64,000 nucleotides of DNA from Takakia lepidozioides. Lineage: Eukaryota; Plantae; Bryophyta. This document shows positions 1-11,485 of this stretch, in pieces. The stretch spans positions 65,534,001-65,598,000 of the forward strand of contig CM060733.1 of NCBI GenBank assembly GCA_030704615.1, in the 5' to 3' direction. Positions within the stretch are counted from its first letter, which is position 1. Every line of letters starts with the position of its first letter. A program made the translations under genes and the position numbers. Below the pieces are notes generated by a model. The model did no database searches and was not told where the DNA came from. It was given only the letters and a program-made list of their open reading frames with translations.

Positions 1-2759
1 CTGCTTCCACTTTCTCTCCAAAGGAGGGCGGAGAAACGAGACGGATTGGACTGGCACAACGCATCATCCATTCATTGTCTCCAGCCAAGCTCCTGCGGGT
101 TCTTTCAAGTGTGCACATTGCAAAGAACCACCGACGTGCATGTCCATGTGCAGAGCCAAGCAATATTACGTAATCCATTTGCTCCCGGACTTGACTAGAG
201 CTTGCATACACGTTGGGGTCCACTGCCACCCCTTGGCGAGAGGCAACATGCGTGAGGCTGTGCAGGAAGCACACGACATCATAAAAGAGGAGGTGAAATT
301 GAGCCCCGGAGCCAGACCAAAGCAGATTCAGCTGAAGGCAGCCCACAAGATTGCTCTTGGCAAAATCATGTCTGAAGATGGTTCCGACCGAGAGCCCTTG
401 ACCGAAGACGAGATGCGTGACCTCTTGGAGTCCGTCTCGCACGTTTGTAGTCCGAATGTGCGGAATCACATCGTATCTTGCAAGCAGGAGTTCGGCAGGG
501 GGTCGGACATGTACTCAATCCTGGAGGTGAAACGAATGACTGGATATGACTACATCCAAGGTAGCAGGTTTCCAGGGCAAGGCAGCAATCCGATCGTTGT
601 TACATTTTATTTTCAAAATGTCGACGTGTGGGCCTGGGAGTGGAGTCGACTTGGTCACTCGCATGACAACTGGAAACTTGTCGAATGCTTGGGTGATGTT
701 TGATCACATCAAGCGAATTACAAACCATCAGTGGGTGACTATGGGTGCGCATGTTTATGACTATCACTCCAAGAGGCTCATGACGATTGCAATCTGCAAG
801 ATGAAAGGGGAGGACACACAGTCCGAGATGCATCTGTGGGAGGGCATAAACGAGCAGATGGCAAGGGCGGGATTGCCAGAGCCCAATTTCAGGGGATTCA
901 TGGCAGACAACGCTCAGGCCAACTGGGCAGCGGTGCGGCGTGTGTACGGTGAGGACCCCAATGTTCCAATGGAGGGAAAGAGAGATCCTGTGGATTCCAT
1001 TGGATGCAGAGTCTATCCCACTACACTACCAAATTTGTTGCTAGCTCATTCCAGCTGAACACCGTGTCCTTTGTACGGCGTGGAAGGATGCACCCACATT
1101 TGATGACGCGGAGGTTAAGTTTGCTATCATCGAGGCTTGGTGGAACACGTCAGGTGCAGTGGAGACAACCAATCTGGGAGCATTGCACAGCTGGTTGGGG
1201 TGGTGGCATTTTCGGTATCGACAGTTCGGACAGTACATGCGGGAGGTAGGCTGCTGTCATTTTCGTTCATTTATCTTTCTGTTACGGACATTTCGATTGG
1301 TCCCTCACCATTGTTTGTGTCCTTCTAGGAGCGGTGCTTGGATTCCGACACGGACATGCCAAACACGAATATGGCAGAATCGGTCCACTCCTCCTGGCAA
1401 GCGTCTTCTGCCGCACATCTGGTGGACGTAGTGACGGCCACAACGGAGGACATCGACAGAGCAATCATGCAGCAAGCCACGTACTACAAGTTCCTGAGCG
1501 GCAAACAATGGGGCTTTGGGCCGGACGGGAGGAATTGTTGGTACGAACAGCTTCGAGGTCCAAGAATCCACTGAAATGGGCGACAGCATTGCGAGAGAAG
1601 ATCAAAGGGACGCCTCTGCACCGCAGAGGTGAACACCTAGAGGGGGACGTCCGGACTCGCCTATCAGGCGGAGGATTGAAGAGGAACCCGGGTGCGAAGA
1701 GGATTCTTGGAGATCCGACAGGAACATTCGGACAGCACCTCGAGTCCCGTCATGTTGCCCGCACAATGTGTCTTCCAGCAGTGGAAGCCCAAGAAATTCC
1801 AGATCGCCGTCGCCTTCAACCGGGGATTTCGTGCGAGAAATTCCACCGCTCCCTTGCCCCAGATTCCGCCCGTTGTTATGCAGTATGGCCAAGCCATTTG
1901 GAGACGACTGTGTCTGCATCACAGTGGAGATTGCTCGCACAAAGCCGTCGTTCGAGGAAGGTGTTCCGCAATTCGTGTGGATACACGGCAACGTTGTTTA
2001 GAGATGATAAGGAGGAATCCAGATGGGGCTGTCCCTGCTCCTACTTTTACAGGAAGATTTGTCCATGCAAAGTTTGCGGAGGCGACAACCACCCAGTTTT
2101 GGTTCTGCAGGCACAACATTATGACTTGCGTGTATGGAAAGCCCAAGTACGGCATAAACACACATGCCAGAGGCTCCCCCGGTGTGGCCGGTGGAACCAA
2201 GCTGCGATCGATCTGAGTCAGGTTGAGGCCGACGCCCTTATCCGCCGCAGGATTTCGGATGGTGCAGCGCACTGACGTCCCCAGACAACCATTTCCGCTT
2301 CCACAGCCTCCACCACCGACCCCTGTGAGAGCAAGCACAATGGGACAGGACAGCTCTAAGCATCCTACACACCGTTGGGGGAAACCGAAGAGGCGGCGAC
2401 CTCCCTCAAAAGTGAACGAGACAAGGATGGGGAATGCACTTCGGATGAACTATACAATCCAGAGCTCGACTGAAGTGCCCCCACCAGGATTCGGGCGTGT
2501 GTATCAGATGGCCACGGCGGGCTCAGCTGTTCGCAATGAGGTGTACACCATCACCATTTCAGAATTACCCACCTGCAATTGCACCGACTTCCAGATCATG
2601 GCGAACAAGGGGGCATCATACTGCCCTTGCAAGCATTTGTACTACGTGTACCTAAAGAGACTCCATTGTAATTCCACAACTCATCACTTCATACATGCAC
2701 CAGGGTTGAGCCCCCAGGAGGTTCACTCTCTTCTGAATATGGATCCAGGGGACCAGTGA
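1..2759 (+). pseudogene. Mutator (MULE)-like DDE transposase with N-terminal Zn finger and C-terminal SWIM domain; frameshifted, 5' end outside the window
   Basis: Motifs in order across frames: CAHC..C...C..HVGVHCHP (WRKY/GCM-like Zn finger), VMFDH (D1), FMADNAQAN (D2), RSCGFHW (CxxH, ~985-1003), NTNMAESVH (E; after a GT-AG intron at 1246-1328), and SWIM CNCTDF..CPCKHLYYV in ORF 2223-2759. Several frameshifts. Confidence 0.75.
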
Positions 2760-3114
2760 ACTTGGCTTGCGGTCCCAATACAATGGTACGCCCATCCTTT
2801 TTGGATAGTAAAACTGTACTGCTGCCAGTACCTCACACTCTGGCCACAGAAAGGTCCGACATATGTCTTGCCTACCAGTAACCTGTTTTGCTCGAACTAA
2901 GATATTACTATATCGTTCACTTGTTTCCACGTGCATGTATTTTTGTATGTTGGAGGGTTCATGTTTTTTTGCTTTCCGAAAACTTGCTTTCCTCATTCGA
3001 CCTCCGACAAGGAAATGTGGCGCCGCATTTCCAAGTATCGTCGTAGGTACTGGTAGAGGCGGCCTTCGCCAACACAAAACCGCTCCGAAATTTCGCACGT
3101 GCGAACCCTAATGC
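1..3114 (+). mobile_element. Partial copy of the TIR transposon family (transposase arm)
   Basis: ~1960-3114 is homologous to the reverse complement of ~35336-36550, inside the element at 34844-42872. It carries one family palindrome at ~3012-3033. Homology stops inside a second palindrome copy at ~3114. Confidence 0.8.
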
Positions 3115-3560
3115 ATGGACTAACTTGATGTCACCCGCACTGCTTAAGCGTGCATTTGATGGGGTGCAACAGCCAGCACACCTCACAGTGGATAGCATTT
3201 TGGACACAGGGAGGCAGTCTCTGCGTGTGAGACACGATGACCGTTCGCCTTTGGCAGTGGTCAACAAGGTGGGTCAATCACGAGTAGCACTACCTACACT
3301 GCTCAGCTTCCCAGGATCGCATGTTTTCCGGGATAATGGACCTAGCCTCCTGTGGGATGCTCAGTTGCAGCAATTAGTGGAGCCTAATGCCGACGAGCGA
3401 GAGCGGGCTATGGGTTTTTCCATTGGGACCACGGCGGTGCCTTCTCTTTCTGAGGCATCACGTCGTCAGGTGTTGGGGCAAGCAATGGATCTAAATTGCT
3501 TGACCTGGGTTATCAGCTTGGCTATGGCTGAGCAACGAAGAGTGCGGAGTGCACTTCCCT
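3115..3560 (+). pseudogene. C-terminal fragment of a cytosine-5 DNA methyltransferase (TE-borne type)
   Basis: WTNL (end of motif VIII), then LVEPNADERERAMGF..TT (motif IX-like) and SRRQVLGQAMD (motif X-like). Motifs I-VI, including the catalytic PC, are absent. Confidence 0.65.
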
Positions 3561-4154
3561 TGACGATCTCTCTGCCTACCGAGACGGTACAGGCAGTGAG
3601 TGGGGGCGAGCCGGTGAGGACCACGGGGTGTAGACATCTATGGCACACGTGGGAGGTGTTCAAGGTTCGGAGGGAGTTGGCAGCCAAGGCGGCTGTGATG
3701 GATGAGGTTGGGGATTCTTCTCGGATTGAGGAGGTCCTCAAGGATGAGGATGAGATGATGGGCAGGATGAGGCCATGTCATTGACTGAGCAGGCAGGGAG
3801 TACTGCTCAAGAGGTTGTGGCATAGCAACCACGGGATCTTGGATGAGCCTTGAATTTTTGGATGTTGTTCTGCTGATGCTAATATGTAGCATGTGATTGG
3901 CCTTAGTGCTGCTAGCCTCTGCGATAGATCCTCCCTCTCTAGCGTGGCCCTGTTCTAAGCTGACATCCCTGAGAGACCCACATACCGCATGAAGAATAGA
4001 GCATATTCCAGGGCTAAAAACTTTGGTGGAGATGGGAGTCATTCTATTGTGGCGTGCCCAGCACCGCACCAGGCAGACATGACGGCGCATAGTACCAGCC
4101 TCGTATGTTCATGTGTTCATTACATGACATTGCAAGTACAACCAAGATCTACCT

Positions 4155-4973
4155 GTGCAGTGCAAAACGGCTATGGCGTCGAGCTCAAGTGAACAGTCTC
4201 CATGCAAACACCCGAACACCTTTGAATCCATATTTTTGGGAGTTGTACGAGATTGCACACCTTCGGAGTTTGTCGTGCCTGAAGAGGTTGATTCTACTCC
4301 AGCCAGGCCAAGCTGGCACTTCCCCTGGAAACACCCTCTAATTACTGGATCGAGAAGTTTGAGAGAACTGTTATTCAAGAGTCGAGAAAACAGGTTCATG
4401 GTGCAGCTGCGACCAAGGAATAACGCAGAAAGATTTTTGAACCAACACAGGGAGCATTTGCTGGACGCCTGCTCAAACAGCTGCATGCAGCAGAGATTGC
4501 CAAGTGTTTACCTCTCGACATGGTTCAACAACGCCTCAAAGCGGGAGAGTTGCTTTCTTGGCCGGAGCTAGGAGTTCATAAGTTCCCTGTTAACCGAGAC
4601 CGGACTGGAGATCTTGAAAGCTTACTCTATCCAACCACGTTGAGTGGATTCCGTCTGTGGGAGTTTGTAAAAGGGGGCGCTGCTCACAAACATCAGACCT
4701 GAGTAGGATTCAGACGTTCATTCGGGTGACTTCACTGGGGAACAAGCCATCACTGGCATTATGCACTACGATTTTCGCTTTTGTGAAAGAGACATGATAG
4801 TGTACCCTGGCACCTCGTTTGATCAGGAGAAAGTGGGCCTCTGTGATCCGGTGAATCCTGTAGAGTACTACCCGCTTCATACCTTGGTGGTGAAGGAGAA
4901 AGTCATTCGTGTCATCACTCGTGTGTCGTTTTTGGTGTTTATTTCCTTGCTTTGTCCTGGCATTGTCATCTGA
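4155..4973 (+). pseudogene. Degenerate ORF chain of unknown function, probably TE cargo
   Basis: Three adjacent or overlapping + strand ORFs (4155-4571, 4520-4702, 4761-4973) with protein-like composition. No motif recognised. Confidence 0.25.
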
Positions 4974-5739
4974 CCACAGCACCGAGTTCACTGCTGATCA
5001 TGGCACCCCGTTGCCTGGACCCGAGCCACAACCAAGTGTGGCCATGACTTCTCACCACAAACCTCGCCAGGCGCGCCCGATCTGAATTGTGCTAGGCCAT
5101 GAAAATGATCTCTGACTGCCCTGCGTTATTAGATCTGCTTTTGGCTAAACGTGCACAGGTACTGCCAGTGCCAGCCAAGCCTTCAAAATGCAAGATGGCA
5201 AAGCAACCATACCCAGAGTATAAGGTGGGGTAAAATTTCGAATCACTCCTGATCTTCTTTGAAATGAGTGTTAAGATGAATGTTGTGCCTCCGAGGTTTG
5301 TTACAAATGCATTTCGCTTCTGTTTAAAAGAAGAAGCCCCAGATCTTTTTGAAGCAACACTACAACTGATCGCGGTATATCTTACTGCCGAACCATGGTA
5401 GTCATGGTTTTTCTGACTTGGACCATGACTTCCCTGTATTTTTGGACCAAATGGGGCTTCACGTAGTTGTTGAAATGACTACATAGTCCTCTTGGCGGAC
5501 TACTTGTGTAGTCGTCATGACTGCATGGCTCCGCACTAGACGGATGTTTAGTCAATGATGGTTGACCAGCGCGAGCTCACCCCCAAATAGTCGCCAGAAT
5601 GACTTCTAGTGCAAGCCTGGTAGCCAAAAGGTTAAAAAAGTTTTAAAAAAATCTTATAGGGTTACCCATGAGAGGCCAGGGACTTAGTTTTCTTTTTCTT
5701 TTTCTCCTGCGCGGTTTCTTAGTATCGAGCTGTTGTGTT

Positions 5740-8700
5740 GTGTCATGGAACGCGATGATCGCAGGATAGGGGCGTGGGATGAGGCTTTGCAGACTTATTC
5801 TGAGCTACTGATGCAGGAAGGGGCGAAGCGCAACCTGCACCGCAACCGCAGTGGGCTCTTGGCTCATGTTAGTACCATGATTTGGTATTCTTCCGATGTT
5901 TCAAGGTCTTGGGAGAGACAGCTTGGTCTTAGCAGTCCGTGTTTCAATCGCCGCCCGGCTCAGTTGCACCGTGGTGGTTCTCACAGACCAATACGACAAT
6001 TACCTGACTACAGACACAAGCAACACACACAAAGTCCTATTATGGTCATGGTCAGTCAAATCCTCCATGGATCATGACACAAGGTCGAGGACAATGTGGC
6101 GAGGGCACCTTCTTCTTCGACCTATTTCAGCCTGTTTTGACCTCTCATCAGACTCGGCCCTGAATTTCTTCACGATGGTGGGACAACCACAATCACAAGG
6201 TGTGTGCTTTTTCTTAATGTACCATGTAAAGTTCTAAGTTAGTCCATCCTGCAAATGTGGGCTCTTGGCTCCTGTTATGATTTGGTATTCTTCCTAATGT
6301 TTACAGGTTCTTGGAGAGTCACTTGGTCTTAGCAGGCTGCGTTTCAATCTCTGCCCGCTCAACTGTGGAAGTCGCAGCAGCGGCACAATTGATAAAATCA
6401 GGCACTGCTACTCAAGGCACCTTCTTCAACACATTTCACCCTGTTTTCCCCTCTTATCAGAATCGGCCCTAAATTGGTGAGGGCACCTTTTTCTTCAACC
6501 TATTTCAGTCTATCTTGCCCTCTCATCATTAGGGTTGGGTGTTTGCTGGAAGAGGGCCGGATTCAAGCACAGATTACCTATGATTCCTTGTGGATCCATT
6601 GCTACAAGAAACCTGCATGGGTAGATGGTGAACTAGAAGCCGTAGCAGCAGCGGCACAATTGATAAAATTAGGCCCTGCTAATGAAAGCAACCTTCTTCA
6701 TTTCATCCTGTTTTTCCCTCTTATCAAAATCGGCCCTAAATTTTCAGGTTGAATTTCTATAAGTTACTGGTTGAGTGAACTTTTGATAGTTTGCAATGCG
6801 TGTGCAAGCTTGGCAGCTCTGGAGAAGGGCAAGAGGTCCATGGCACATTGTCAGAGCTGCAATTGTGCACATGTCATTCTGAACAACCCTTTTGGACATG
6901 TATGAAGGATTGTTCGACAGTATGGCTGAACAAGATGTGGTTGTCCGTGGAGTGCGATGATTGCAAGATATGCACAGCTCCGGCGTGGGATGGAGGCTTT
7001 TGAGAACTATGAGCAAATGATGTGCAAAGGGGAGAAGCCCAACCACATCACATTTGTTTGTGTTTTGTAATGTTGTTGCAAGCCTGGGAGCTCTGGGAAA
7101 GGGGAAAGAGGTCCATGGTGACATCGTCAAAGCTGGAATTCTACCAGATGTCATCCTGGACATTGCCCTGGTGGACATGTTTGTCAAATGTGGGTGCATT
7201 CATGATGCGAAGGGAGTTTTCACACTCTGGCTGAACAAGAATTGTTGTCGTGGAACGCCATGCTTGCAGGTATGCATAGCAGGGGGCCGGATGGAAGCTG
7301 TTTTTTCTACTCAGCACCCTCAAGTCAACATGTATGTAAGTGTGGGAGCATCGTGATGCTCCCAAGTTTTCCACAGAGTGCCTCGACGATCTTTGATCAC
7401 ATGGAATATAATGTTGGCAGGATTTACCAAGGATGGGTGTGGGAGGAATGCTTTGGAGACCTATGAGCACCTGCTGCGCAAAGGGTGAAGCCCAACCACA
7501 TCACGTTTGTTGTACTGTTTGCAATGCGTGTGCAAGGCTGGGAGCTCTGGAAAAGGGGAAAGAGGTCCATGGTGACATCGTCAAAGCTGGATTTGTACCA
7601 GATGTCATTCTGAACCTGCCCTGGTGGACATGTATGCCAAATGTGGGTGCATTGAGATGCCAAGTGAGTGTTCAACAGTATGGCTGAACAGATGTGGTGT
7701 CGTGGAACGCGATGCTTGCAGGCTTTCTTCCTTATGCACTCATGCAAGAGACAAGCTAAGTATCTGAATCTCTGAATTGTCTCCTTGGTTTATAGGGGGC
7801 AGGCCGGCAAAGAATCATAGGTAGTTTTGTGCTTGAAGCGAGTCTCTGTTTGAAGTGTAAGGGCTTCATGGGTTTCATTTTTTCTGAACTGAGAGCATGT
7901 ATGGTAGGGCTGAACGTTGCGGTGCTTGGTGTTTAGAAGAGACTAGCCCATCATGGCATGTGCGGGCTGCGCACTGAAAGCTGAAGTCAATGAATAGTGA
8001 GAGAGAACCTTTCGGTCAGAACTCTCAAGGTGTACAGAGTATCTAAACTAGTGTTGGCTAGAAGTAACAATTCATAGGTCCTCGTTGACATGACACTACA
8101 GATATTGTGTACATAAGTCAGCAAAGTAGGGTGTCGATTTGTACTAGAAAGCAGTTGTGGATGCTTATTTTATCAGTATGGTATGAAGTCGAGCTGACCG
8201 ATCCCTAAGTTTCAGACGTAGGTTGACGATATGATCTGATCGTGGAAGGTATAGGAAGCTGAACGCCCTCTTGCATGAATCTGAACCCACATTCCATCCC
8301 TGCTCCTTCAGCTATTCCTGCCAGAGAGTGCATGCCAGTTGTCCTTTCTGAACTCTGCCCTGGTGGACATGTATGCCAAATGTGGGTGCAGCAAGCCTGA
8401 TACGAAGGGAGAGTTCGACATATGGCTGACGAGATGGGTTTTTGGAGTGCCATGATTGCAAGATATGTGCAGCATGGTATGGATTAAGGCTTTGGAAACC
8501 TAGAGCAATGATGTGGAAGGGATGAAGCCAGACCAGGTCATGTTCATTTGTGGTTGGTAATATGCATATGCGAGCCTAGTAGCCCTAGGAAGGGGCAAGA
8601 GGTTCATGGTGACATTTCAAAGCTGTAATTGTACCAGATTTCATTCTGAACATTCCCTTGGTTGTACATCTACGGCAAATGTGACCTGGCAGCCCTAAAA

Positions 8701-10550
8701 AGGGCACAAAGATCCATGGTGACATCGTCAAAGCTGGAATTGTATCACTAGATGTCACTCTCGGCCATGGTGCCATCGTTAAAGCTGAAATTGTACCAGT
8801 TGTCATTCTGAACTCCGCCCTGGTAGACATGTATGCCAAATGTGGGTGCAGCAAGCCTGACGCGAAGGGAGAGTCGACAATATGGCTGAACGATGTTGTG
8901 TTTTGGAGTGCCATGATTGCAAGGTATGTGGTATGGGATTAAGGCTTTGGAAACCTAAGAGCAAATGATGTGGGAAGGGATAAGCGAGACCAGGTCATGC
9001 TCATTTGTGTTTATAATATGCATATGCGAGCTTAGCAGCCCTGGGAATGGTCAAGAGGTTCATGGTGACATTATCAAAGCTGGATTTGTACCAGATGTCA
9101 TTCTGAACATTCCCCTGGTGTACATCTCTGCTCACCAAGTGTTCAACAGAATCCCTCAACGATCTTTGATCACGTGGAATATAATGTGGGCAGGATCTAC
9201 CAAGCATGGGTTGGTAGGAATGCTTTGAGACTATGAGCAAATGTTGCGCGAAGGGTTGAAGCCCAATTGCATCACATTGTTTGTGTTTGCAATGCGTGTG
9301 CAAGCCTGGGAGCGTTCTGTTGTAGTGAATACTTTTCTGACCCCACTCAACGGTGGGACAATCAAGGCAAAAAGATGAATGTCTGTTGGATTATAGAGAG
9401 TAGAAGATGCAATTGAGCATAGGAACTATTGTGATAAGTTGAGTTGGGTGTTTCCTAGAACAATTCGAGGCTTTCATTGTCAGCTGCTAGCAGCAAGACA
9501 AAGGTGAATGCATGATTTTGGCAGAGGCATGGATAGCTGAAGGAGCAGGGATAGAGTGTGGGTCCAGATTCATTAAAGAGGGCCGGACTTCAAGCTCCTA
9601 TGATTCTCTGTGGATCAATAGCTACTAGCAACCTGCAATGGATAGATGGTAACTGAAGCTGCAACAGTAGCGGTGGAATTGATAAATCAGGCACTACTAA
9701 GAAGGCACCTTCCTTCAACACATTTCATCTTGTTTTTCCTTCTTATCAGAATCGACCCTAAATTTCCATGTTGAATTTTGCATTTTAGCTGGTTGAGTGA
9801 ACCTTTGATAGTTTGGAGTGACTTTGACATGATACTGTGACAACATGAAAGTATCCAGAAAGAGGTAACAGAAATGAGGAGACGCTATGGAATGAATACT
9901 TTTCTTACCTAGTCAATGGTGGGACAATCGAGGCAAGAAGGTGAAGGTCTGTCCGATCATAGAGAGTAGCAGATGCAATTGAGCATAGGAACTAGTGTGA
10001 TAAGTTGAGTTGGGTGTTTCCTAGAACAAATATAGGCTATCATGGTCAGCTACTAGCAGCAAGGCAAGGATGTATGCATGATTTGTGCATAGGCATGGAT
10101 AGCTGAAGGAGCAAGGATAGAGTGTGGGTCCAGATTCATCCAAGAGGGCCAGAAGAGGTCCATGGTGACATTGTCAAAGCTGGAATTGTACCGGATGTCA
10201 TTCTGAACACTGCCCTGGTGGACATGTATGCCAAATGTGGGTGCATTAAGGATGCGAATGGAGTTTTCAACACTATGGCTGAACGAGATGTGGTGTCGTG
10301 GAGCGCGATGCTTGCAGGGTATGCACAGCAGAAATGTGGTATGGAGGCTTTGGAGACCTATGATCAAATGGTGGGGGAAGGGGTGAAGCCCGACCACATC
10401 ACGTTTTGTGCATTTGCAATGCATGTGCAAGCCTGGCAGCTCTGGAAAAGGGCACAGAAGTCCATGGCAACATTGTCAGAGCTGGAATTTTACCAAATGT
10501 CATTCTGAACAATACCCTCGTGGACATGTACATGCAAAATGTGGGTGCAC
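5740..10550 (+). pseudogene. Cluster of degenerate PLS-class pentatricopeptide repeat (PPR) fragments
   Basis: Repeated GKEVHGDIVKAGIVPDVILNTALVDMYAKCG..DA..VF..MAERDVVSW.AM.AGY..EALETY.QM..EGVKPDHITF units (best at 10150-10550). Many frameshifts, interleaved with locally duplicated non-PPR blocks. Confidence 0.9.
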
Positions 10551-10939
10551 CATATCCTGCTGATTTGTGTGTTGTGCTGGAACAGTAGGCACGTAGAAAG
10601 ACATACGCATTTTACATCTGTTGCTATCTTCAGTGCATATGTAGTGTCATTTGCACTTTGTCGGACTATTGTTTGAGGAGCCAGATTTTGGGACTCCGGC
10701 GCTATATTGTAAATTTGACTGGCAGCAGTTTAAGAGAAGCTCTTACATCTACTGTTGTTGTCTTTAAGTGCCTATGTTTTGTCCTTTGCACTTGCTGACT
10801 GTGTTCTTTCCTGTGATTCTTGCCTGTGAATAAAACATTCATTTGCAGAGTCATTTTTTGTCTCTTTGTTCTTCCTTTTGTTCTTCTCTTTGTTTAGATT
10901 GAATAATACTAACCTAATCTCTACTAACCTTAGCGAAAT

Positions 10940-11485
10940 AAAGCATAGTCGTGGTTTTGACTGTCCAATACATTTAAAAGCTCAAACAACCCCCTCATAT
11001 GACACCACGTGTCCATATATCAGCATGTCATAGTCATGATCATGACTGCAAAGACCTCATCAATACATGCCACGTGTCCACATATCATGATGTTTGTAGT
11101 CATGACAATGACTGTAAGACTTCTCATTATATGGCACATGTCCAGACATTAGCATGGTTGTAGTCAGGATGATGACTGCAGATCCTCCTCATGGATATGC
11201 CATGTGGTAGTTTCGGGAGACGCCCTATGGCACACATCCACAAAACCTCCTGGACTTATGAAAAAGAACACGTGTACAGTTTGCAGCAGCACACTAAGTC
11301 ATGTATGGTAGAAGTACATATGACTGCCACATGACAGTGAGATGTATCACTTGGTTCATCTGACTAGACTGTACTCATTGTATTCACTTGGTTTGCATGA
11401 CTTAAAGTCATTGCAGTCATATGTACCGTTTATGACTACGGGATAGTCATATATACAGTCATATATACCGCGATCTGTTGTAGTG
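10940..11485. mobile_element. Probable CACTA-type element end with subterminal CATGACT/AGTCAT repeats
   Basis: Dense CATGAC/GTCATG motifs ending in TGTTGTAGTG (reverse complement CACTACAACA) at 11476-11485, directly before gypsy gag sequence. The other end was not found. Confidence 0.4.

Noticed and set aside
5611-5640. piggyBac-like end (..AAAAGG-TTAA)
   Set aside because: It is a single short match with no partner TIR and no piggyBac transposase.
10560-10930. Candidate 5' LTR of the 11486-15520 gypsy element
   Set aside because: No matching direct repeat was found after 15520, and no PBS or PPT was identified.
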